Origin: an uncultured Dehalococcoidia bacterium
GTDB taxonomy: Bacteria; Chloroflexota; Dehalococcoidia; SM23-28-2; RBG-16-64-32
Length of the DNA stretch: 64,000 bases
Direction of reading: 5' to 3'
Assembly: GCA_964558415.1 (NCBI GenBank)
Contig: CAZLDI010000007.1
Coordinates: forward strand, 75,898-139,897
Shown: piece after piece, positions 57,459-64,000 of the stretch
Layout: each line of letters begins with the position of its first letter
Position numbering within the stretch: position 1 is the first letter of the stretch
Notes under the pieces: model-generated
What the model was told of the DNA's origin: nothing
The model's input: the letters and a program-made list of their open reading frames with translations, nothing else
Databases searched by the model: none
Made by a program: the position numbers and the translations under genes

Positions 57459-58304
57459 ATGCGAGAGATTCACGTTGACGAGATCAGCGAGGCCGTGAGG
57501 CATCTCTGCACAGAAGCGGCAAGCAGGCTGCCGGAAGATGTGGTGGGGGCGCTGCGGACGGCCCGCGTTCGCGAAGATTCGGCGGCGGGCATAAGAGTGC
57601 TGGACCAGATCCTGCTCAACGCGGACCAAGCCCGGGCGGAGATGCTTCCGCTGTGTCAGGACACGGGGACAATCGTGATCTTCCTGGATGTCGGGCAAGA
57701 TGTGCACATCACAGGCGGACCGGTGATGGAGGCGCTGACGGACGGCGTGAACGCCGCTTATCGAGATGGTTTCCTGCGGGCGGCGATGGTTGACAGGCCG
57801 TTTTCGGACCGCGTGAACACGAGGGACGGCACGCCGCCTGTCGTACACACGGAGATCGTTGGGGGCGATAGACTGCGCATTCACGTGATGGCAAAGGGTT
57901 GCGGCGGCGAAAACGCGAGCCGTTTCTCGATGATCCCGCCCGGCGAGGGGAAGCAGGGGATCACGAAGTTCGTCTTAAAGGCAATCGAGGAATCGGCAGG
58001 GAACCCATGCCCGCCGATCATCATCGGGCTGGGCATCGGCGGGACGGCGGAGCACGCGATGTACATGGCGACGCGCGCACTGACGCGGAAGATCGGGGAG
58101 CCGAACGGCGATCGGGAAGAAAGCGCGTTCGAGGCGGAGCTCCTGGTGGGTGTGAACACGCTGGGTATCGGCCCCCAGTCGGCGGGCGGTCGCGCCACTG
58201 CGCTGGCGGTGCACATCAAGACGTACCCGACGCACATCGCGTCGATGCCGGTGGCGGTGAACCTGCAGTGTCACTCGGCCAGGCTGAAGGAGGCGATCCT
58301 GTGA
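57459..58304 (+). CDS. class I fumarate hydratase / L(+)-tartrate dehydratase alpha subunit (Fe-S hydro-lyase)
   Basis: LCQDTGT and CGGE Fe-S ligand motifs; 281 aa. No recognisable beta subunit follows. Confidence 0.85.
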   Translation: MREIHVDEISEAVRHLCTEAASRLPEDVVGALRTARVREDSAAGIRVLDQILLNADQARAEMLPLCQDTGTIVIFLDVGQDVHITGGPVMEALTDGVNAAYRDGFLRAAMVDRPFSDRVNTRDGTPPVVHTEIVGGDRLRIHVMAKGCGGENASRFSMIPPGEGKQGITKFVLKAIEESAGNPCPPIIIGLGIGGTAEHAMYMATRALTRKIGEPNGDREESAFEAELLVGVNTLGIGPQSAGGRATALAVHIKTYPTHIASMPVAVNLQCHSARLKEAIL

Positions 58305-58621
58305 GCGCGACGTTACGACATCGCATCGTCGAGGCCAGCGAGCCCAGGGCGGACCCTTCTTGCCGGCTTACGCGAGAAGAAGGGCAGCGCAGGAAGTCGG
58401 ACAACGATGGCCTGTTCGCCCAACTTGCGCGGCAACGGCAGATCGGAGCGGCGAACGAATTCGTTTTCCGCGGCGACCCTGACAGATTGTGGAACCAGAT
58501 AAGTTTGTTCGTGGATGAAGAGTCGCGGTGTTGTCCGTTCTTCACGTTCGAGCAGGTCGAAGAGCGAGCCGGCGTGCTGTTGCGGGTAGTCGCGCCACGG
58601 GCAGGTACGGAAGACGCATGA
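58301..58621 (+). CDS. hypothetical protein, translationally coupled between the fumarase alpha subunit and the cupin
   Basis: GTGA overlap with the upstream stop and ATGA overlap with the downstream start. No family recognised, and it is not similar to fumarase beta. Confidence 0.3.
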   Translation: MSATLRHRIVEASEPRADPSCRLTREEGQRRKSDNDGLFAQLARQRQIGAANEFVFRGDPDRLWNQISLFVDEESRCCPFFTFEQVEERAGVLLRVVAPRAGTEDA

Positions 58622-59010
58622 ACTCGCTCCGCGTCATCCGAGCTGACGAACTGTCGCCGCAAACGTCGCAGACGCCCGGCATGCACAGGATGACGGCGAT
58701 CGACGCGGCGAACGCGGGAGCGAAGGGGTTGTGGGTCGGGCGGGTCACGCTCGAAGCGGGCGCACGATCCGGGGCTCACCACCACGGCGACTGCGAAAGC
58801 GTGATCTGTGTGACAGCAGGGAGGATACGCTTCCGCTACGGCGACAGGCTGGAGAACCGCGCCGAGGCAGGGCCGGGCGACTTCATCTACGTGCCGCCAA
58901 GAGTGGTGCACCAGGAGATCAACCTGAGCGAATCCGAGCCGATCGATTCCATCGTTATACGGGACTCGCAGGAGAACGTCGTCGTAAACGTGGATATCGA
59001 GTCCGGCTAG
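58618..59010 (+). CDS. cupin-domain protein
   Basis: GAHHHGDCESVICVTAGRIR...DFIYVPPRVVHQE. Confidence 0.7.
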   Translation: MNSLRVIRADELSPQTSQTPGMHRMTAIDAANAGAKGLWVGRVTLEAGARSGAHHHGDCESVICVTAGRIRFRYGDRLENRAEAGPGDFIYVPPRVVHQEINLSESEPIDSIVIRDSQENVVVNVDIESG

Positions 59011-60041
59011 CCGCCGGAGGTGCGCACCCGCACGTACTGCTCGAGCGCCGGTAATAGAGCATCCGGAATCGCGGCTGCGGCATCGTCCTTCGCGCCGACG
59101 GCCACCGGGCCAGCGCTGCGCATTGCATCGAGCAAGGCCCAGGCCCGGACGGCGTGCAGCACCTGCCAGTAACGTAGCCTGACCGGATCGACCGCGAGGC
59201 TCGCGCTATAGTGGCGCACATACGAGCGAATTAAGTATCCCCGTAGCACCCGAAGGAGTACGCGCTCGGTCAGTCCGCCGGCAAGCGGGGGCGCCAGCCA
59301 GAAGAGCGCCGTTGTACGGGCGACGTCCGAGTGCCTGTCGCCGACGGCGGCGTCGGACCAATCGATCACCACTGCTCGGCCCGAATCATCCACCAGCAGG
59401 TTCAGCGGGTGGTAGTCGTTGTGGCAGAGGACGACGTCCTCCTGCGGCTCAGCGGGACGGTTGCGATCAAGCCATTCGAGCGCTTCGCCCTGGCCAGTCA
59501 GACCGACGCGCCGGGTCGTCTCCCTCAATTCGTCCAGAAGGCGGTCGGCGAGCGGGCACGTGCCGTCGAGCGGGCAACCATCCAGGGGCACTCGATGCAG
59601 GCGCACCTGCGTGTCTGCCAGCAGGCGAAGCATCCGATCGATGGCGAGTGGATTCTTGAAGCGATCAAGCATAGTGGAGCCGGGCGCCCGCTCCATGATC
59701 ATGAACGGGAGGCCAAGGGGTGTGTCCCTGATCACGACGAGAAGGGGGAGCGGGGCCGGGAATCCCGCTGCATGGACGAAGCGTTGCACGGCCTCTTCGC
59801 GTTTGGCCTTATCTTGCTGGTCGGGTGAAGGGTAGACGCGCAGGACGAGCGGCCGCAGCCAGTGCGGGTCCAGGGACCCGCTGAGGCGGAAGGCGTAGGT
59901 ATAGGTATCGAGGCCGCCACCGATGCGCGTAGGGCCGTCAGCCAACTCCAGCGCTCCGAGCGCAGGCGAAAGGGCCTGCACCAGCCCAGCGCGGACTCGC
60001 GGGAGGTCTCCCGGGTCGAAGGGTAAGCTCTCCGCGGTCAT
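59007..60041 (-). CDS. phosphotransferase (APH/choline-kinase-like) family protein
   Basis: HNDYHPLNLLVD catalytic loop and IDWSDAAVGD motif. The start ATG at 60041 was chosen over the longer ORF extension. Confidence 0.75.
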   Translation of the reverse strand: MTAESLPFDPGDLPRVRAGLVQALSPALGALELADGPTRIGGGLDTYTYAFRLSGSLDPHWLRPLVLRVYPSPDQQDKAKREEAVQRFVHAAGFPAPLPLLVVIRDTPLGLPFMIMERAPGSTMLDRFKNPLAIDRMLRLLADTQVRLHRVPLDGCPLDGTCPLADRLLDELRETTRRVGLTGQGEALEWLDRNRPAEPQEDVVLCHNDYHPLNLLVDDSGRAVVIDWSDAAVGDRHSDVARTTALFWLAPPLAGGLTERVLLRVLRGYLIRSYVRHYSASLAVDPVRLRYWQVLHAVRAWALLDAMRSAGPVAVGAKDDAAAAIPDALLPALEQYVRVRTSGG

Positions 60042-60084
60042 GACGGACAGTCTACCGCTACTGCGAAAACGGTGGCCAGACGAA

Positions 60085-60858
60085 TCAGGCGAGCCCGAGG
60101 TCGGCAACGCAGAGGGCCATCTCGAACGTGAAGCCGTTCGCGCCCGTGTAGGGTCCCACGTAGCAGCCGATTCCGGCGGCGGCGTAACCGGCGCCCATGA
60201 CGATCGACTGATGCGGCGGGCTGGCCAGCCAGATATCCACCACGAGACCGGCGGTCGGCGAGGCGAGCACCAGCACCTCGCCCACACCGGCGGCGTAGCC
60301 CTGCCGGAGCGCGCGATCGGCCGGTGTGCCGTCGAGGGTGTGGCTCAACGCTGCCAGAGTGGTCTGGAAGTGGAGCTCGGCGTACTGCTGGGCGGCGGAC
60401 GTGAGGGCGACATTGTTGTTGAGCAGCGACAGTCCCTGGGCGGCACGGCGGTCATTCAAGAGTGAGGCCACAGAGCGCGCCAGATCGACACCGGGGCCGC
60501 TGGCGGGGGGCCGTGGCGGGGAAGCCGTGGGAGGCGGCGGCGATGTGGGTGGGGGCGGCGTTGGGCGAGCGGTTGGAGCTGCGGTTGGGTCAGGTAACGG
60601 CGCGAGCGTTGGTCCGGGTGTCGAAGAGGGAGGCGCTGAAGGTGTGGGCCGGGCAGTCGCGTGGGCCTTCGGCCGGGCGCGATGAACGAGCGGCGACATG
60701 GAGCCGGCCGGCGGCTGCGATCCGTTCTGTACGGACGCGGCCCCGAGGCCAAGGGCAAAGACGGCAGAGACCGCGACGACGGCGGCCCAGAATCGCCTCT
60801 TTGCGGCCCCCGAAAGCAGGGAACGCCGAGCATGTCCCCTCATGAACCTCCCTATCAC
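60085..60858 (-). CDS. secreted CAP/SCP/PR-1-like domain protein with a Pro/Thr/Ala-rich linker
   Basis: Signal peptide, then a PT-rich region, then a CAP-domain-like C-terminus (HSQIVM-like HQSIVMGAGYAAAGIGC). Confidence 0.65.
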   Translation of the reverse strand: MIGRFMRGHARRSLLSGAAKRRFWAAVVAVSAVFALGLGAASVQNGSQPPAGSMSPLVHRARPKAHATARPTPSAPPSSTPGPTLAPLPDPTAAPTARPTPPPPTSPPPPTASPPRPPASGPGVDLARSVASLLNDRRAAQGLSLLNNNVALTSAAQQYAELHFQTTLAALSHTLDGTPADRALRQGYAAGVGEVLVLASPTAGLVVDIWLASPPHQSIVMGAGYAAAGIGCYVGPYTGANGFTFEMALCVADLGLA

Positions 60859-60981
60859 GAGCGGCGACCGGTTGTTTCGGCAGTCTAATCGCCCGTGATA
60901 GACGGGGCAATCACAATTGGTGGTGTGTTTATAGGAAGAGTCTAGGAACTCTGTTGGGATGAAGCTGCGCCGGCCGCCCGG

Positions 60982-61725
60982 CTACTTGCCGCGCAGCCTG
61001 CTGAAGATCCAGCGGAAGGGGTCGTAGAACTGGTCTGCGACGCGCTCCTTGAGGGGAATAATGGCGTTGTCCGTGATGTGGATGTCTTCCGGACAGACCT
61101 CCGTGCAACACTTGGTGATGTTGCACATGCCGATGCCGGCTGCCTTGCGGATCAGCGCCGTGCGGTCCTCAGTGTCCAGGGGGTGCATCTCAAGCTCCGC
61201 GAGGCGGACGAAAAAACGCGGACCATAGAATTGCTCTTTGTTCTCGGGGTGATCGCGGATGACGTGGCAGACGTTCTGACAGAGGAAGCACTCGATGCAC
61301 TTGCGGAACTCCTGGCCGCGCTCCACGTCCACCTGCTGCAGGCGGTAGCGGCCGCCAGGGTCCGGGGCGCGGGGCTTGAAGGCTGGGATCTGCTTGGCGA
61401 CTTCGTAGTTGAACGAGACGTCCGTCACGAGGTCTTTGATGATCGGGAAGGTCTTGATCGGGGCTACGGTGATCGCCTCGCCGGGGGCGAACAGGTTCAT
61501 GCGGGTCATGCACATCAGGCGGGGCTGCCCGTTCACCTCCGCACTGCAGGAGCCACACTTGCCGGCCTTGCAGTTCCAGCGCACTGCCAGGTCGTTAGCC
61601 TGTGTCGCCTGTATGGTATGGATGACGTCGAGAACCACCTGCCCCTCCGGCGCATCTACGGTGTAGTCGACGAAAGCGCCTCCACTGGAGTCACCGCGGA
61701 ACACCTTCACAACCACGTCAGGCAC
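60982..61725 (-). CDS. sdhB: succinate dehydrogenase/fumarate reductase iron-sulfur subunit
   Basis: Three Cys clusters (CKAGKCGSC, CIECFLCQNVC, CNITKCCTEVCP). Confidence 0.95.
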   Translation of the reverse strand: MPDVVVKVFRGDSSGGAFVDYTVDAPEGQVVLDVIHTIQATQANDLAVRWNCKAGKCGSCSAEVNGQPRLMCMTRMNLFAPGEAITVAPIKTFPIIKDLVTDVSFNYEVAKQIPAFKPRAPDPGGRYRLQQVDVERGQEFRKCIECFLCQNVCHVIRDHPENKEQFYGPRFFVRLAELEMHPLDTEDRTALIRKAAGIGMCNITKCCTEVCPEDIHITDNAIIPLKERVADQFYDPFRWIFSRLRGK

Positions 61726-63529
61726 TGACTTTCGCCTCCTCCAGCAACTCGCTGAGCTCCGCCGGCATCTGTGGCAGCGGTTCTTTGCGGATATGCGGTG
61801 CGCCGTCTACACCCAGGCGTATCGCCTGGGTGTATCTCCCCCACTCGGCGTCTGTGGCCGGGAAGTCGTCGCGGGTGTGGGCACCGCGACTCTCCCGGCG
61901 TTCGATGGCTGCCAGCGTGACTGTCTCCGCTACAGTGAGCAAGGAACGCAGGTCCATTGCGAGGTGCCAGCCCGGGTTGTACTGGCGGTTGCCTTCGACA
62001 CCCGTCTTCGAGGCGCGCTCCTTGAGCCTCTGGAGCCTCTCCAGCGCCTGCTTGAGCTCCGTCTCTGTGCGGATGATGCCGACCAGGTCCTGCATGGTGT
62101 CCTGCAGGTCTCGTTGAATGGCGTATGGGTTCTCATCGCCTCCCCGGTCGAAGTGGCCGAGCATCTCGGTGGCGGCGGCGTCAACTTCCCCGGTGTCGAT
62201 CGAGGGCGTGCTCGCGATCGCGCTTGCGTACTCCGCCGCGCCGGTGCCGGCGCGCCTGCCGAAGACAAGCAAGTCCGACAGCGAGTTACCGCCCAGGCGA
62301 TTGGCGCCGTGCATGCCGCCTGCGCATTCTCCGGCAGCGAAGAGGCCGGGGACGCCCACCGCGGCCGCGGTGTCGGCGTCGACGCGCACGCCGCCCATCA
62401 TGTAGTGGCAGGTGGGGCCGACTTCCATGGGTTCGCTGGTTATGTCAACGTCGGCGAGCTGCTTGAACTGGTGGTGCATGCTGGGCAAGCGCTTGCGGAT
62501 GTATTCGGCAGAGCGGCGAGTGGCGATGTCGAGGTAGACGCCGCCGTGGGGACTGCCACGGCCGGCCTTGATCTCTGAATTGATCGCCCGGGCGACTTCG
62601 TCTCGCGGTAGGAGGTCCGGCGTTCGGCGGTTGTTGAGCTTGTCATCGTACCAGCGATCAGCCTCTTCTTCGGTATCCGCCGTCTCCGCTTTGAAGAACT
62701 CCGGAATGTAGCGGAACATGAAGCGCTCACCCTCGGAGTTGCGGAGGGTGCCGCCGTCGCCGCGCACGCTCTCGGTGACGAGGATGCCGCGCACGCTGGG
62801 CGGCCAGATCATGCCGGTGGGGTGGAACTGGACGAACTCCATGTCGATCAGGTCGGCGCCGGCCCAGTAGGCCAGCGAATGGCCATCGGCGGTGTACTCC
62901 CAGGAGTTTGAGGTGACCTTCCAGGCCTTACCGATACCGCCGGTCGCAAGGACGACAGCTTTTGCCTTGAACAGGATGAGCTCACCGCTCTCGCGCCAGT
63001 AACCGAGGGCCCCGCAGATGCGGTCTCCGTCTTTGAAAAGGCGCGAGATCGTACACTCCATGAAGACGTCGATGCCCTGGTGCACGGCGTGCTGCTGGAG
63101 GGTGCGGATCATCTCCAGACCCGTGCGGTCGCCCACGTGCGCCAGGCGGTCGTAGCGATGCCCGCCGAAGGGGCGCTGCGAGATAAGGCCGTCCTTCGTG
63201 CGGTCGAAGAGGGCACCCCACTCTTCAAGTTCGTAGACCCGGTCGGGCGCTTCCTGGGCGTGGAGCTGGGCCATGCGCCAGTTGTTGAGCAGCTTGCCAC
63301 CACGCATCGTATCGCGGAAATGGACGCGCCAGTTATCGTCCGGGTATACGTTGCCCAGGGCCGCCGCGATACCGCCTTCTGCCATCACGGTATGCGCCTT
63401 GCCAAGCAACGACTTGCAAACAAGGGCGGTCTTCACGCCCTGCGCCGAAGCCTCGATAGCGGCGCGCAGACCAGCGCCGCCGGCGCCAACGACGATCACG
63501 TCGTATTCGTGCGTCTCGTATTCAGGCAT
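61718..63529 (-). CDS. sdhA: succinate dehydrogenase/fumarate reductase flavoprotein subunit
   Basis: DVIVVGAGGAGLRAA, the FAD-attachment His region (HTVMAEGG), and RLGGNSL. Confidence 0.97.
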   Translation of the reverse strand: MPEYETHEYDVIVVGAGGAGLRAAIEASAQGVKTALVCKSLLGKAHTVMAEGGIAAALGNVYPDDNWRVHFRDTMRGGKLLNNWRMAQLHAQEAPDRVYELEEWGALFDRTKDGLISQRPFGGHRYDRLAHVGDRTGLEMIRTLQQHAVHQGIDVFMECTISRLFKDGDRICGALGYWRESGELILFKAKAVVLATGGIGKAWKVTSNSWEYTADGHSLAYWAGADLIDMEFVQFHPTGMIWPPSVRGILVTESVRGDGGTLRNSEGERFMFRYIPEFFKAETADTEEEADRWYDDKLNNRRTPDLLPRDEVARAINSEIKAGRGSPHGGVYLDIATRRSAEYIRKRLPSMHHQFKQLADVDITSEPMEVGPTCHYMMGGVRVDADTAAAVGVPGLFAAGECAGGMHGANRLGGNSLSDLLVFGRRAGTGAAEYASAIASTPSIDTGEVDAAATEMLGHFDRGGDENPYAIQRDLQDTMQDLVGIIRTETELKQALERLQRLKERASKTGVEGNRQYNPGWHLAMDLRSLLTVAETVTLAAIERRESRGAHTRDDFPATDAEWGRYTQAIRLGVDGAPHIRKEPLPQMPAELSELLEEAKVSA

Positions 63530-63533
63530 CGCG

Positions 63534-64000
63534 CTAGAATCCCGACCACGTATTCAAGTCTGTGATATGCCCGTTCGCGACCAGGCGGATGTAGAGATCC
63601 GTGAAGACGATCCAGATGAGGCTGGACCAGGCCCACAAGCGGTGGTTGACGTTCCAGAGAGAGACGCGGTCCCAGATACGCTTGCGGGCGCGCGTCCAGG
63701 CGGAGCAGCTAAAGCAGTCCAGACCCCCGCCAACGAAATGGCGGAGTGAGTGGCAGGAGAAGGTGTACATCATCAGGAGGAAGGCGTTGACGCAGAGCAC
63801 GACCGTGCCGACTCCGATGCCGAGCCCGGTCTCGACCGCCCTGCCGTCGATGACCTCCTCGCTGTTGTAGAAGCCGTGGAGGGCGCCGATCCAGAGGAGG
63901 GGGACAAAGACGAGGGCGACGTACATGAAGAAGCGGTGCAGGTTCTGGAGGATGAGGGGAAAGCGGGACTCGCCGCTATAGCGTTTCTGGAAGTCGCCAA
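63534..64000 (-). CDS. sdhC: succinate dehydrogenase membrane anchor subunit, 3' portion; 5' end probably lies outside the window
   Basis: Hydrophobic helices lying immediately upstream of sdhA-sdhB in C-A-B order. The reading frame stays open to the window edge. Confidence 0.5.
   Translation of the reverse strand, partial: GDFQKRYSGESRFPLILQNLHRFFMYVALVFVPLLWIGALHGFYNSEEVIDGRAVETGLGIGVGTVVLCVNAFLLMMYTFSCHSLRHFVGGGLDCFSCSAWTRARKRIWDRVSLWNVNHRLWAWSSLIWIVFTDLYIRLVANGHITDLNTWSGF

Noticed and set aside
58301-58621. Candidate fumarate hydratase beta subunit
   Set aside because: The 106-aa product has no similarity to the beta-type catalytic domain by inspection. It is kept only as a low-confidence hypothetical.

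Overview
This is a high-GC (~68%) chromosomal segment that looks like an Actinomycetota or Chloroflexota genome. The evidence for that placement is a 7Fe FdxA ferredoxin, a DDN/F420-type nitroreductase, a HadAB-like dehydratase pair, LipJ-like hydrolase-cyclase fusions, a mycobacterial-type sdhC-A-B order and many leaderless promoters. The backbone is housekeeping. DNA repair: fpg, polA, nfo. TCA and anaplerotic genes: acnA, icd, mdh, sdhCAB, a class I fumarase alpha subunit, and a transcarboxylase-type 12S/5S/1.3S carboxylase cluster. Fatty-acid genes: a FAS-II-like operon with fabF, a HadAB-like dehydratase pair, thioesterases and an LPLAT acyltransferase. Also present are two family III CoA-transferases in tandem, a TPP enzyme, mscL, a rhodanese, two paralogous vapBC toxin-antitoxin pairs, a GT4 glycosyltransferase, a debranching-enzyme-like glycosidase and several short hypothetical genes.

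The most unusual structure is that at several loci the last ~40-95 bp of a housekeeping gene, stop codon included, recurs as a direct repeat downstream, and the repeats bracket inserted DNA:
- The mdh tail occurs three times. The copies bracket a SAM methyltransferase and two paralogous alpha/beta-hydrolase + class III nucleotide cyclase genes.
- The TPP-enzyme tail occurs twice. The copies bracket a 2Fe-2S ferredoxin-adenylyl cyclase fusion and a Rieske-domain protein.
- A CoA-transferase tail occurs three times, each copy separated by a ~90-bp REP-like element.
- Shorter tail stutters follow the LysM gene and icd.

So all three nucleotide cyclases in the window sit inside tail-bracketed insertions. 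I saw no recombinase, transposase or integrase in the window.

A dispersed REP-like intergenic repeat (conserved ends ...AGATTCCTTCGCG...GCTCAGAATGACA) occurs at least 9 times, always in the same orientation regardless of which way the flanking genes run. A G-rich 16-bp minisatellite lies upstream of fpg, and a related motif lies in the polA/MaoC divergent region. The rest of the window is ordinary core genome; spurious antisense ORFs from the high GC content are common.
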